A DNA stretch of 64,000 nucleotides, taken from Antechinus flavipes. Its lineage: Eukaryota. Below the pieces are notes generated by a model. That model saw only the letters and a list, made by a program, of their open reading frames with translations. It did no database searches and had not been told where the DNA came from. The translations under genes were made by a program, and so were the position numbers. The DNA is taken from positions 100,688,001 through 100,752,000 of the forward strand of contig NC_067402.1 of the NCBI RefSeq assembly GCF_016432865.1, read 5' to 3'. Of this stretch, positions 1 to 13,136 are shown in pieces (the first letter of the stretch is position 1; each line of letters opens with the position of its first letter).

Positions 1-333
1 GCTTATTATAGAAGTAAAAAAGCATCTCAGGCCCTTGACCCTGTAACTGCTGGTACCACAGTGCTGTAAGGTGTCCTGAAGCAGGGTCACATTCAAGGAT
101 CACTGACTGTCCTGTTTTTGAGACCAGGAAACTTGGACGTTGAGTGACTCTCACATCTGGCTGACCACCTGTGAGGTAAAAAGAAAGTAACAAAATGAAC
201 GAAGAGAGTTTCTATTGACAACCCAAGGGACATATCTAGATGTAGAATCTCAGATGTAATTCCTTCACTGGGATGAATAATCACCTGCTATTAAGAGATA
301 AATGATGACATAGAAGAAAAACTTGGAATGCAT
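1..333 (-). CDS. TRBV: TRBV gene segment, open as far as visible; V exon truncated by the window start
   Basis: Leader exon 333-285 (49 nt, MHSKFFFYVIIYLLIA-G, GT donor). Acceptor cacag at 169-170. V exon 168-1 reads GQPDVRVTQRPSFLVSKTGQSVILECDPASGHLTALWYQQLQGQGPEMLFYFYNK, with the conserved Cys and WYQQ and no stop. Confidence 0.85.
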
Positions 334-400
334 CATCAGTTCAGGTCTAAAAGAGGACATTGCTCTCCTCAGGAGTCTTCAGTGAGAAAAGTTCCTATCT

Positions 401-410
401 TGACATCACT
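401..410 (-). promoter_or_regulatory. TRBV promoter decamer (CRE-like AGTGATGTCA)
   Basis: tgacatcact on + is AGTGATGTCA on -, about 70 bp upstream of the leader ATG; matches the known TCRBV promoter decamer. Confidence 0.75.
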
Positions 411-789
411 ATTCCAGATCATGCTCCTCAATCTGAGAAGGTTTTCTGAAGGTTTCCTGTTCCTCATCTGTATGTCACTACTGACATACAGCAGATGGGG
501 CCGGCCTTGGTAGGCAGGCAGGGAGCATGTGTGAATATGAGGAAGGGCAATCCCCTTTTTCTATGCCTTAAATGATATTTATCTGAGACAGTTGTTTTCT
601 CTGACAATGCAATTTATTTAGAAGCTCCCTACTCTGTCAACACAAAGCTGTGCATCAGGGCTGGTTTGTAGTACACAAGGTCTGCTTTCTAGAACTAACT
701 AAATATAAGTGGTGGATGCAAAAGTCACATCTTTATTTGAAGATGTTTATATTCTTATAATGGGCCGATGAGAGCACTTGTTCCAATGG

Positions 790-1060
790 CCGTGAAAACG
801 GCAGGTGCTGTGAATCACTTAGAGCTTGTTCAGACATCCCAGATACTAAAGTCATCCACTAATTATGGGACTATGGTCAGTGGTCTTGACTTTTGTCTTG
901 TCAATGGACTGGATGACTAGAAGAGAGAATGAGACTGACAATTCGGTACAACTCTGCCTCACTTAAATCCAATTCACCCATAAGTCAAGACGTTATCCTT
1001 GGGATGTCAATGGTTTTCTTCTCTCCCTTCTCAAAAAGGGTCAAACAGCAGCAAACAACT
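790..1060 (+). mobile_element. RTE-related SINE (WALLSI-like) insertion upstream of TRBV unit 1
   Basis: Contains ctgcctcacttaaatccaattc and a CAA-type tail; reverse-complement similarity to elements at 40153, 49960 and 51925. Family name from recall, not searched. Confidence 0.55.
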
Positions 1061-1572
1061 GAATTTTAGTGCAAACATAACTCCTTTTAATGGCCAAAGA
1101 TGGTAGACTCAATAGAATTTGTCATTGCCTCTTGGCAAAACTCTATCAAAGGGCAACTGATTTTAAGAGATTAGGAGGATAAAGAGAAGATTTCAGCTGT
1201 TCAATTAGCTCCTCCTCATATTCCTACTAGTCAGTATTCCTTAAAGCCAAATTTGAACCTCAACTCTTGCTACTCCTTAGAATTCCCTGGATCTGTACTT
1301 CTAGGGATCAGGCCCATATATGGGTAGGCTTGTGTGTTTAATAGCTAAAATTTATATAGAGCTTACTATGTGGCTAGCACTGTGCTAAGTGCCTAATGAT
1401 TCTTATCTCACTTTATCCTCACAACTACCCTAGAAGTAGGTACTATTTTCAATCCCGTTTTATAAAGGAGACAAACAAGAATGAAGTGAATTGTCCACAT
1501 AGTTTGAAATTTTCTGAGGTTGTTTCCACTCATGTCTCCTTATCTGGTATTCTATCCACTATGTCACCCAGA

Positions 1573-1576
<4 letters not shown>

Positions 1577-1614
<38 letters not shown>
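1577..1614. repeat. (TG)n microsatellite
   Basis: Direct sequence; explains the CVCVCV and THTHTH ORFs. Confidence 0.95.
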
Positions 1615-1616
<2 letters not shown>

Positions 1617-2083
1617 CTCCATACACATGAAGTACCTGTGTATACTCTGCATATAGTTCTTCCAATGTTTATTGATTTTTCTGGGATAATGTGCCATAGC
1701 TTCAAAATAACAATGCATTATTGCAGCCTTGATATTTTGTTTTTTACTACATTGTTTCATTAAATGTTTCTGCTTTGAATTAATTGCATCTTTCTCCTGA
1801 CTAGAAAAGCAAATGAACCTATGGGGGCTTGTGAAATGTAGTTGTGAACAAATAGGGATCCACAGAATATTTAAACCAACATAGTTTTTTTTTTTTTTTC
1901 TGGGATATTATGTGAAAAGGAATATCACAGATGCTACAGTAAGAAATAGCTATAGTTAGTACTAAAGTTCAGTGGACCTATTCCCTGACATTAAGCTGAA
2001 ATTAAGCTGCTTCCTGCCTCCCTGTTATGCTCCCTGAGCTTGGACTAAACATGTTTGTCAACAGATGAGAGGTATCTCTGTGG

Positions 2084-2559
2084 CACTCTGTCTGAATTGC
2101 TGGCACAGAGATAGAAAGCAGAATTCCCCTGTTTCACAGAATTGTTGTTGAGGTTAAAGTGGAAATTTCCATATTGTTTAGCTCTGAATCACTCAGAGAT
2201 TCTTTCTTTCTCACTCAATTGCTTATTATAAAGTAAAAGAGCACCTCAGGGCTCTGATCTTGTATCTGAAGGTACCAAAAGGCTTCTACATGTACTGAGA
2301 TGGGATCCCATCCCAGGATCACTCTTTGTTCTTTCTTTGAGACCAGGTAACCTGGTCTTTGACTCTGTGATCTAACCAACTACCTGGGGGTTAAGAAAAA
2401 AAGGAATATCAATAATAGATTGAGAAGGAGAGATTCTACTGAAACCCCAAGAGAAATGCTTAGAGGTAGAACCTCAAAAGGCAATTTCCCAATGAGGATC
2501 ATTATTCACTTGTTATTAAAAAAAAAATTCATTACACACAAGAAAAATCAGGAATGCGT
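2084..2559 (-). pseudogene. TRBV: TRBV pseudogene (array unit 2)
   Basis: Start is ACG followed by TGA; frameshift early in the V exon; ends CASNS; heptamer mutated to CAGAGTG (2090-2084). Confidence 0.85.
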
Positions 2560-3616
2560 AGTATAGTCAGGCCTGGAAAAGAGTATTTCTCTCTTTAGGA
2601 ATCTGCAGTGAGACAGGTTCCTCTCCCAAACAGGTGGAATATGCCTGTAATATTACTATTCTTGATCATCAACCCTATTCCCACCTCCCATATCTGAGAT
2701 AGTGCTCTGACACAGTACAAACTTAGCCCTGTCCCTATCAACTCTTCCTCTCCATGTCATTAATAATGTTATATCAGTACCAGCTCCACTGGATGGTAGG
2801 TAGGGAGTGTGTATGAGTGTAGAGAGGAGTGATCCCCCTTACCCCAAATGAAAATATGTTTATCTAAGACAATTGTTCCTTCTGGCAACTGAATTTCTTT
2901 TGATGTAAACCAATTACAATTGCCCTAATCCTTCAATACACAACTGTGCATTAAGACTGAATTCTACAAGACAAGATTGCCTTCCCACAAGTAGTTAAAT
3001 ATGAAATATTGTTACAACCATCACATATTTATTTGAAGATTTTTCTCTATGTTATTTCCAGAAACACCTGAAATTAAGGGAACTATGACAGTTCCACATA
3101 GTCATCAAAAGTAGTAGAATTACCGGACTTAACTCTTGTATCTTAAGGGAGCTGGTCAGAAGATACCTGTAAACTTAAGAGAAGGAAGAGTAGGGACTTA
3201 AAGAAATGGTCTCAAGGATTCAATCAGCATTTCCTTCTATTCTTATTAATCACTACTCCTTAACACAAAATTTGAGTTTCAACTCTTTTTACTCTGGAAA
3301 ATTTCCTTTACCTGTATTTCTAGGCTTCAAGGTAGAGATAGATAGATAGATTTTAGCAGATATAGATTAAGAGATTGAGAGAGATAGCTATTTAGTAGCT
3401 AACATTTATGTAATACTTTCTAAGCACTGTACTAAATGCTTTATAATTATTATCTCATTTGATCCTTACAGCTTTCCTAGAATGGAAGTGCTTTTTGCTA
3501 ATGAGGGAACCCAGAGCAACAGGAGTGAAGTGGTTTGTCCAAGGTCACACAACTAAGAAATGTCTAAGGCCAGATTTTCATTCATGTCTTCCTGACTCCT
3601 TTCCTGGTATTCTATC

Positions 3617-3881
3617 NNNNNNNNNNNNNNNNNNNNNNNNNNNNNNNNNNNNNNNNNNNNNNNNNNNNNNNNNNNNNNNNNNNNNNNNNNNNNNNNNNNN
3701 NNNNNNNNNNNNNNNNNNNNNNNNNNNNNNNNNNNNNNNNNNNNNNNNNNNNNNNNNNNNNNNNNNNNNNNNNNNNNNNNNNNNNNNNNNNNNNNNNNNN
3801 NNNNNNNNNNNNNNNNNNNNNNNNNNNNNNNNNNNNNNNNNNNNNNNNNNNNNNNNNNNNNNNNNNNNNNNNNNNNNNNNN
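3617..3881. other. Assembly gap (N run)
   Basis: 265 N. Confidence 0.99.
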
Positions 3882-4099
3882 CAACATAGGTTTGCTGGGT
3901 TGTTACATGAGGGAGTGTCCCAGGAAATGCAATGAGAAGAAGCTAAATTCTGCACTGAAGTGAAAATGTGAAGTGACTCTCATCCCTGGCACCAAGCTGG
4001 AAATTGGTACCAGCCTCCTGATTCCTTAGGCCTCCTCTGTCATTACTCCCTGGGCTTAGGCCATACAAGATTGTGAAAAGACTAGAGGTACTTCTGTGG

Positions 4100-4380
4100 C
4101 AATGTGACTGAGCTGCTCAACAGATGTTGAGATTTACATGAAAATTTTCATACTGTGTAACAGTGAATCACTCAAAGATTTTTCCTTTGTCATTTGTCAT
4201 TTAATTGCTTATTAAAGAAAGAAAAAAGGCATCTTAAGGTCCTGATCCTGTATCTGACAGTACCAGATGGCCTGTTCTGTCCAGAGATAGGGTCATCCAG
4301 AGATAGGATCACATTTGGGAATCACTGATTGTCCTGGACTCGAGACAAGTTGATTTGGGTCCTAAGTGACTCTATTATCT
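4100..4380 (-). pseudogene. TRBV: Truncated TRBV pseudogene (unit 3)
   Basis: Heptamer CACATTG; the D-S-A-x-Y-x-C segment is deleted; WY remnant (gtaccag) at ~4260; the 5' end joins the flank of the next unit. Confidence 0.7.
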
Positions 4381-4559
4381 AATTACTATGCTATCTCATT
4401 AAATGTTTCTGCTTTGAATTATTAATTGCATCCTCTCCCTGACTAGAAAAGCAAATACACCCTTGGGTCTTCTGAGCTATAGTTTTGAGGAGATAGGAAC
4501 CCACGGGATTTGAACCAACATAGCTCTGGTTATTTTGGTCACCCCATCTATTGAGTAGG

Positions 4560-4712
4560 AAGAAGAAAGAAGTTGGATAAGAGTTCTCAGGAAGCCTTCA
4601 AGGGAAATGGTCAGAGACAAAATCTCAGAAGTCAAATTCTTAAATAAAACAAGTATTCACATGCCATTAAGAGATAAATTATTATGTAAAAGAAAAATCT
4701 GATTTGAGATCA
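4560..4712 (-). pseudogene. TRBV: Orphan TRBV intron and leader remnant (V exon deleted)
   Basis: Homologous to the intron/leader of other units (agaagaaagaagttgg...tattcac atgccattaagagataaa), followed by the usual upstream block. Confidence 0.6.
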
Positions 4713-5169
4713 GGAAGAAGGCATTTTCTCCGGCAGGCGTCTTCAGAGTCTTCTCCAGAATAGGAGGAATGTATCTGTGATATCCCTGTTCTTGATTATC
4801 TTCCCTCCCCCAGTTGTTCTGATAGAGCTGTTCCCTGTCACTGACTCTTCCCTGTCTGTATGTCACTGATAACATCCTATCAGCAGGTGTGGCAGGCCTA
4901 GTTGGCAGGCAGACAGTATATGTCAGTGTGGAGGGGAACCAATCCTTCTTCTTCTAAGGCTTAAGTGATATTTGGCTAACCTAATTGTTCCTTCTACTAA
5001 GAAAAAAAAATTTAAGTAAATAAAAGCTCTTTGATCCTTCACTACACAACTATCAGGGCTATCTTTAGGATATAAGGTCTTCTTTCTAGAACTTGCTAAA
5101 TATGAGTGGTGGATTTAACAGTAACACATTTAAAGATTCTCTAAGTCATTGCAATCAATAGAAGAGCAT

Positions 5170-5420
5170 AATTTTTACCAAAACCCATGAAGGCGGCTGC
5201 AGTTGCTATGGATCACTTAGAGCTTGCTCAGACATCTCAGATACCAAGGTTTTCCATCACTTCTGGGGCTATGGCCAGTTGTCTTGCTTTTGTTTTCTCG
5301 CTGGACTTAGATCATGAAAGAGAAAATGAAGCTGACAACATTGCACAACTGCTGCACTTAAATACAATTCATCTGCAAGTCAAGATATTCTCCTTGTGAT
5401 GTCATCTGTCCCCTTCAGAA
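5170..5420 (+). mobile_element. RTE-related SINE (WALLSI-like), paralog of the 790-1060 insertion
   Basis: Same sequence (ggatcacttagagcttgctcagacatc...cacttaaatacaattc) at the homologous unit position. Confidence 0.55.
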
Positions 5421-5462
5421 GTGAAATATAAATCCCCATTCATCTATGTTTGAGTGGAATCA

Positions 5463-5481
5463 TGGCTCTTCCTAGTGGCCA
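5463..5481 (-). promoter_or_regulatory. CTCF-like motif
   Basis: tggctcttcctagtggcca matches 15/19 to the reverse complement of TGGCCACTAGGGGGCGCTA. Confidence 0.5.
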
Positions 5482-6481
5482 AAGGTGATAAAATCTTTAG
5501 AACTTGCCCTTGTTCCCTGCAATAAGAGTTTCAGAAGAAGGAAAATGGGTTCAAGGATGGTTGACTTCTCCTTCTACTCCTGAGAGAGCACTCCTTAAAG
5601 CCAATTTGAACTTCAACTCTCCCCATTCCTGAAAATTCCCATTATTTGTACTTCAAAGTTTTAGGATCTCCTTATATAAATAAGTCATCTCAATCTTAAT
5701 CATAATAACAATAATAGTTATTATTAGAAAAGCTAACATTTTTGTCGTACTTACTGTGTGTCAGGTACTGTGTTCAGTGCTTTACAATGACTATCTCATT
5801 GGATCCCCACAACAACCCAGGGAGGAAAGTGCTATTATTGTGTCCATTTTAAAGATGAAGTAAAGATGAGGTTATGTGAAATAATTTGTCCATGATCATA
5901 TTCCTAAGAAGTGTTTGAACCTATATTTGAATTCATATGATCTTAACTACACTTAGTACTCTATCCCTTATATTATCTAGATACTTATGTAGATGTGAGC
6001 TCACTAAATAAGCTCTATACCCCATATATATTTAATTCCTATATATCATCATTCTTTTATTGTTGTTCCTTGCAATTGTGGAGAGTGTGCCATAGTGTAA
6101 AAAAAAAGACAATTTCCCATTGCTTCTTTCTGTTTGACTAAACTACCTAATTAAATGCTTTTGCTTTGAATTCACTGCACGGTCTTCCTGACTAGAAAGG
6201 GCAGATACATCCATGGAAGCTTGTGAGCTGTAGTTTTGAGTCCATAGAAACTCACAGAGTATCTTGAACCAACATAGTTTTACCAGGACATTATATGAAA
6301 GTCAGTATTTCAGGTATTACTGAAGTAACTAATGGCGGCACTAGAGATAAAGTGATAAGTGACCCCAGTCCCTTATGCTGAGCTGGAACTGATATCAGCT
6401 TCCTGATTCCCCTATCCCCTCTCATTGTTTCCTGAGTTTGGGCCTAATGGTATTGTAGACATATGAAAGGTACCTCTTTGG

Positions 6482-6958
6482 CACTCTGCTGCTGGCACAA
6501 AGATAGAAGGCAGAATCCCCCTACTCCAGGGAAGTGATGTTGAGACTGAAAGGGAAATTTTCGTGCTACTTAGCTGTAAATACATCAAGCTATAAAAACA
6601 AATACATTCTTTTCTCATTCAATTGCTTAAAATAAAATATGAAGAATATCTTAGAGCCATGACCCTGTATCTGACAGTATGAGAATTCTCTATTATGTTC
6701 AGAGTTGGTCAAATCCCGGGATTACTGTGTTCTGTCCTTGAGACAAGTAATTTGGGTGTTGAGTGAGAATGGTATCCAGTTAAACACTTGTGGGGACAGA
6801 AGAAAAGAAGCCAGGTAACACTGCCCAGAAGGAGAACTTCCATAGAAGCCCAAAGGAAATTTTTGGAGGTAGAATCTCAAAAGTCAATTCCCAATTGGGA
6901 CCAGTATTTACCTGCTATTAAGAAACAAATCATAATACCCAAGAAAATCCTGTATGGA
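6482..6958 (-). pseudogene. TRBV: TRBV pseudogene (unit 4)
   Basis: NFPFSLNITSLE*GDSAFYLCASS with an in-frame TAG; acceptor AG changed to AA; ATG lost; heptamer CAGAGTG with coding-end deletion. Confidence 0.85.
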
Positions 6959-7664
6959 TGGCAGGGTCGGGGATGGAAGAGATCATTTCCTCACTCAGGA
7001 GTCTGCAGTGAAAAAATTTCCTTTCCCAAACAGCCTGAGGACCAGCTCTGGCATCATGTAGCTCAGCCCTATCACTATCTTCTCCTTCACATCCTTAATG
7101 ACATCCTACCCAGCAGGTGGGACTGGTCCTGAATGGCAGGCAGGGATTGTGTGTGAATGTGGGGAGTGGTGATCTTCTCTCTGCCAAACCTTAAATTATG
7201 TGTCTCAGACATTGTACTTTCTGCCAACAGAATTTTAAGAAGGTAAGGGGAGAAATGGAAGAAGAAAAGAAGAAACATGGTATGGGAAGGAAGGAAAGAA
7301 AAAAAGAAGGAATGGAGAAAAAGAGGGAAGGAGGAGGAACAAATTATAAACTCCATACCCTTTTAATATGAAACTCTTCATCAGTGCTGGCTTCCAGGAT
7401 TCAAGGTCTCCTTTCCATTAATTGGACATGAATTCCTCTCTACTCTTGAGTAAAGAGGGACCACAGAGTACCTCTAAGCAACATAACTTTGCTGGGTATT
7501 ATATGACAGGGAATGTCCCAAGTAGAAACTACAGTGAGAAGATGCTAAATTCAGAATTAGAAACAAAATGATAGGTGGCTCCAGTCCCTGAGACTGAGCT
7601 GGAACTGATGTCAGCCTTCTGTTTCCTGTCTTCCCAGTCATTTCTCCCTGACTTGGGCCAAACA

Positions 7665-8143
7665 GGTTTGTCAGCAGATGAGAAGTGCCTCTGTGGCACT
7701 GTGTCTTTGCGACTGGCACAGAGATAGAGGACAGAATCCCCCTGTTTCAAGGAACTGGAATTTTCATATTGATTAGCTGTGAATCAATCAGAAATTTTTC
7801 CTTTGTCAGTTATTCCTTTATTATAGAAATAAAAGAGCATCTCAGGGCCTCTGATTCAGTATTCTGCAATACCAAACTGCTGTGTCAGATGTGGTCACAC
7901 CCAAGGATCATCAACTGTTCTATGCCTGAGATCAGAGTGTTAAATGACTCTTATTCACTTGACCACTTGTGAAATAAGAAGAGGAAATAAGCTGGACAAT
8001 AGATCCCAGGATGAGGGCTTCCACTGAAGCCCCAAGGGAAATATTTAGAAGTAGAATCTCAAAAGGCAATTTCCCAACTGGAACCAGTATTCACCTGCTA
8101 TTAAAAGAAAAATTATCATACAGAAGAAAACCCTGGAATGCAC
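7665..8143 (-). pseudogene. TRBV: TRBV pseudogene (unit 5) with a canonical RSS
   Basis: RSS CACAGTG-23-TGACAAACC (7703-7665); V ends QGDSVLYLCASRK; multiple stops; acceptor AA; start GTG. Confidence 0.88.
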
Positions 8144-8223
8144 AATAGTGAACTATCTAGAAGAGGGCATTTCCTCCCTCAGGAATCAGGAGTAAAAGAA
8201 GTGAGACAGTTAGAATATGTTGG

Positions 8224-8233
8224 TGACATCACT
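8224..8233 (-). promoter_or_regulatory. TRBV promoter decamer AGTGATGTCA
   Basis: tgacatcact about 80 bp upstream of the unit 5 leader. Confidence 0.7.
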
Positions 8234-8619
8234 ATTCCTGATCACCTCCCTCCCTCAATCTGAGAGACTATTCTGACAGGGCTTAGCCCTCTCACTACTT
8301 CTTCCTTGACTTCAGGTCATTAATGACACCCTAACCAGCAGGCATGGCTGGGCTCAGGAATATGTGCGAGACTGCAAAGAAATGATCCTCTTCTTCCAAG
8401 TCTTAAATATTATCCATCTGAGACAGTTTTTCCAAAATATTTTTGTAAAAACCATTTCTAAGCTCCTTACTCCTTCAGTACGCCACTATGTATCAGGACA
8501 GGCTTACAGGACATAAAGTCTCCTTTCTCAAACTAATTATATATGAGTGGTAGATACAATAGTTGCATCTTTATTTGAAAATTCTCTATGTTGTTGGAAT
8601 GGAAACATGAAAAATTTGT

Positions 8620-8890
8620 TCCAATGGCCTAAAGGTAGCTAAAAACAGATGCTGTGGATTGCTTTGATCTAAGTCAAACATCAAGGACCCCAAGGTTCAT
8701 CTACTGCATCATAAGCTATGGGTGATAATCTTAGTCTTAACTTCTATTTGCCATTGGACTTGGATGACTTTGAAAGAGAATGTAACTGACAGCTTTGCAC
8801 AAATCCACCTCATTTAAATCCAATTCATTTGCAAGTCAAACATCACCCTTGTGATACCATTGTTCCTCTAAGGAAAAACAAGAACTGCAA
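8620..8890 (+). mobile_element. RTE-related SINE (WALLSI-like), third paralogous copy
   Basis: Homologous to 790-1060 at the same unit position. Confidence 0.55.
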
Positions 8891-9188
8891 CAAATAATAG
8901 TCCATAACCACCTGAATTTTATGGAACCACAGCTCATCCTAGTGGCAAAAACTAGTAGAATCACTAGAATTTTAACTTGTTCCTAAGGGGAGCTGGATCT
9001 AAGGGTAACTGTGGCTTAGGAAAAGGAAGAGTAAGGGACTAAAGAGATGGTTTCAGGGATTTAATCAGCTCCTTCTTCTACTCCGACTCATGAGTACTCT
9101 TTACAGACAAATTTGAATCTCAACTCTTTCTACAATTGAAAATTCCCTTCATCTGTACTTCAAAGCCTCAGAATCCATCTGTATGTGT

Positions 9189-9222
<34 letters not shown>

Positions 9223-9429
9223 ATGTATAGGAAATACCTAACATTCGGTGTGTTTACTATGTGGCCAGCACTGTGCTGAGCACTTTACACTTATTATCTC
9301 ATTTGATCTTCACAACCCTGGAAAGTAGATACTGTTATCATCCCCATTTTACTGATGAGAAAAATAGGGGTGAAGTGATTTGTCCATAGCTAGAAAATTC
9401 TGAGGACAAGTTAGATTTTCTATCCACTC

Positions 9430-9604
9430 NNNNNNNNNNNNNNNNNNNNNNNNNNNNNNNNNNNNNNNNNNNNNNNNNNNNNNNNNNNNNNNNNNNNNNN
9501 NNNNNNNNNNNNNNNNNNNNNNNNNNNNNNNNNNNNNNNNNNNNNNNNNNNNNNNNNNNNNNNNNNNNNNNNNNNNNNNNNNNNNNNNNNNNNNNNNNNN
9601 NNNN
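9430..9604. other. Assembly gap (N run)
   Basis: 175 N. Confidence 0.99.
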
Positions 9605-9976
9605 ACTGCCTATGTATACCCCATGCAGAGTTCCTATGTATAGTCATTCTTCCAATGCTAACGCATGTATTTGTCAGACAATGTGCCCTAGCTTCAAAAT
9701 AGATGATGTATTATTGCAATTTTTTCCCATTACACTATTTTACTAAATGTTTCTGCTTTGAATTAACTACACCTTCTTCCTGACTAAAAAACTCATGTAG
9801 GTTCATAAGCTGTGCTTTTGAATGGATAGGGCAATCAAAGAGTATCTTGAAGCAACATAACTTTGCTACATGAAAGGGCTACATGAGAATGCACTTTCTA
9901 CAGTGAGAAGTAGCTAAAGTCAACACTAGAGGCAAAGTATTAGGTGACCCCAGTTACTAATCTAAAGTGGAATTGA

Positions 9977-11230
9977 GATTTATACCAGGAAGGCAGGGTT
10001 GGTTTAATATTAGGAAAACTGTCAGCCTAATTGCCTACATCAATAACAAAACAAACAGAAATCATTTGATAATTTCAATTAAAAACACTAGAGAGTATAG
10101 GAATAAATGGAGCTTACATTAAAAGAATATTTATCTAAAACCAACAGCAAACATCACTGAATGGATATAAGATAGAAGCATTCCCAATAAGATCACAATG
10201 TACATTATTACCTCTGTTACTTGATATTGTATTAGAAATGTTAACTATAGCAATAAGAGAAGAAAAAGAAATTGAAGGAAATAGAATTAACAATAATGAA
10301 ATAAAACTATCATCCGTTGCAAATGATATTATAGTATATTTAGAGAATCCTAGAGAATTAACTAAAAAACTATTTGAAATTATTAACAACTTGAGCAAAG
10401 TTTCAGGATAGAAAATAAATTTAGACAAACCATTAGTTTTTCTATATGATACCAACAGTGTCTAGAAGCAAGAGAAAGAAAAGTGCTATTTAAAATAATT
10501 GTAGACAACTTAAAATATTCGGGATTCTACCTGGCAAGACAAACCCAAGAACCATATGAACACAACAACAAAACACTTTTCACATAAAGTCAGATCTAAA
10601 TAATTTGAAAAATGTTAATTGTGCTTAGGTAGGCTAAACCAGTATAATAAAAATGATCATTTTACTCAAATTTATCTGATCAGTGTCATAATAATCAAAT
10701 CTTCAAAAACATATTTTATAGAGCTAGAAAATCATAACGAAATCCATCTGAAAGGACAAAAGACCAAGGATATCAAGAGAACTAATGAAAAGAAAAATGT
10801 GAATGAAGGGAATCTGGCTATACCAGATCTCAAACTGTATTACAAAATGGTAATTATCAAAATAATCTGGTGCTGGCTAAGAAATAGAATGGTGCATCAG
10901 TGGAATAGATTAGATACATTTTACATTATAGCAAATGACTATAGTAACCTAGTATATGATAAACCCAAAGTTCCAAGCTTTTAGAACAAAAACTCATTAC
11001 TTAACAAAAACTGCTGGAAAATTTGCAAAACAGTATGACAGAAATGAGGTAGAGACCAATATCTCACACCACATATCAAGATGAGGTCAAAATGGGTGCA
11101 TGATTTACATATAAAAGGAGATACCATAAGCAAATTGAGAGAGCATGGAACAATATATTTGTCAGATCTATGGATAAGGGAAAGCTTTAGAATCAAAGAA
11201 AATATAGAGAGCATTATAAAAAAAAATGAC
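9977..11230 (+). mobile_element. Decayed L1 ORF2 internal fragment
   Basis: Reads [14 protein letters not shown] and [20 protein letters not shown]; homologous to the ORF2 at 33.9-36.9 kb; followed by a (GGAA)n tract at ~11245-11330. Confidence 0.9.
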
Positions 11231-11772
11231 AAACAGCAACAACAAAGGAAGAAAGGAAGGAAGGAAGGAAAGAAAGAAGGAAGGAAGGAAGGGAAAAAAG
11301 AAAGGGGGAGGGAGGGAAGAAGGGAGGGAGAGAAGATATAATATGATATAATTCTTATATATAGTCATTCTTCCATTGTTGATGGATATATATGTGAGAC
11401 AATGTGTCCCAGCTGCAAAGGACAAGATGTCCTGTTACTCCTTTATGTTTTACTATGATATTTAATTAAATTATTTTTCTTTGAATTCATAGCACCTTCT
11501 CACTGACTAGAAAACCACACATATTCATGGGGGCTCATGAGCTGTAGTTTTTAGTTGATAGGGACCCAAAATGTACCTTGAAGCAACATAGCTTTTCTAG
11601 ATATTATGTTAGCCTCAGAGTTGAAAAAATCACAGTGAGATGCAGCACTGGAGGGAAAGTTCCTGGGGCTAAGCCAGAATTGTTGTCAGCTTCCTCTCTC
11701 CTGCCTTCCTTGTCATTGCTCCCTGGGCTTGGGCCAAATTGTTTTGTTAACAGATGAGAGGTACCTCTGTGG

Positions 11773-12239
11773 CACTGTCTGAGCTGCTGACACAGAAATT
11801 AAAGTTAGAATCCCCTTACTCCAAAGAAATGATGTTGAAGTTGAAGTGGAAATTTTCATACTGTTTAACTGTGAACCGATTTAAGAATTTTTTTTCTCAT
11901 TCAATTTCTTATTATAGAAGGAAAAGAGCATCTCCAGAGCCTGACCCCGTATATGATGGTACCAAAATGTCTCAGTGTTCCCAGAGATGTGGTCACATCC
12001 CAAGATCACTCACTGTTCTATTCTTGACATCATATAATTTTGTTGTTGAATGATTCTAGAATCCAATTGACCTGTAAGAGGAAGAAAGAAGTTGGGTAAT
12101 AATCCCCAAGAAGAGGGCTTCTATTGAAGTATAAGGGAATGTTCAGAGGCAGAATCTCAGAAAGCAATTTTCCATCTGGAACCAGAATTCACCTGTGATT
12201 GAGACAAATCATCATAAAGAAGAAAACCCAAACATGCAT
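11773..12239 (-). pseudogene. TRBV: TRBV pseudogene (unit 7)
   Basis: Leader MHVWVFFFMMICL is frameshifted; V exon has TGA and TAA stops; heptamer reduced to GACAGTG. Confidence 0.85.
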
Positions 12240-13117
12240 AATATCAGTTCCAGGAGAAGGAATTTCCTCCTTCAGGAGACTGCAATGAGACAGCTTCTGC
12301 TCCAGAACAGGTGAAATGCACCTGTGATATCCCCCTTCCTGATCCATCCCCCTGGTCTGAGATCCTACTCTGACATGGTGCAAGCTCAGTCCTATCACCA
12401 TCTCTTCCTCACCTCCATGTCATTGCTAATGTCCTACTCAGCAGGTAGGACTGTCCCTGGATGACAGGCAGGGAGAATATGTGTGTGTATAAAGTGGCAG
12501 TGCTCCTTCTTCTGAGCCTTTGCTCAATAGTTTTATGATTCCCTTTGGGGGTTTCTTTGCACAAATACTGGAATTGCTTCCTTCTCCAATATTTAACTGA
12601 TACCGTCTCAGACAGTAGAGACAAGTAAATAGTGCAATGGATAGAGCACTGGTCTTGGAATCAGGAAAACTTTTCTTTCTGAGTTCAAATTCAGCTTCAC
12701 ACATTTACTATCTCTGAGACCATATTTAAGCAACTTAACGTGGTTTGCCTTAGTTCCTCACCCCGAAAGTAAGCTGAAGAAGGAGATGACAAACCATTCC
12801 AATAATCTTTGCCAAGAAAACCCAAGAGTAGGTAGGATGTGACAGAAATGACTGAATAATAACAACAACAAAATTGGAAACAGTTGTTCACTTCTCCAAC
12901 AGATTTCTTTTAAATCAATTACAACATTTCTACTCTTTTAAAATAAAGCTGGCACTTCCATACGATAATCAATCTGTATGATAATTATAGGGATGGCTTC
13001 CAGGACACAAGGTTTCCTTTCCACAACTAGCTAAACATGGGTGATGGATACAACAATCACATCATTTAAAGATTTTCTATGTTTTTTTCCTAAACCATCT
13101 GAAAAGGACTGAAACTG

Positions 13118-13136
13118 TAATTCTTCCTAGTGGCCA
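13118..13136 (-). promoter_or_regulatory. CTCF-like motif
   Basis: taattcttcctagtggcca at the homologous unit position. Confidence 0.45.
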
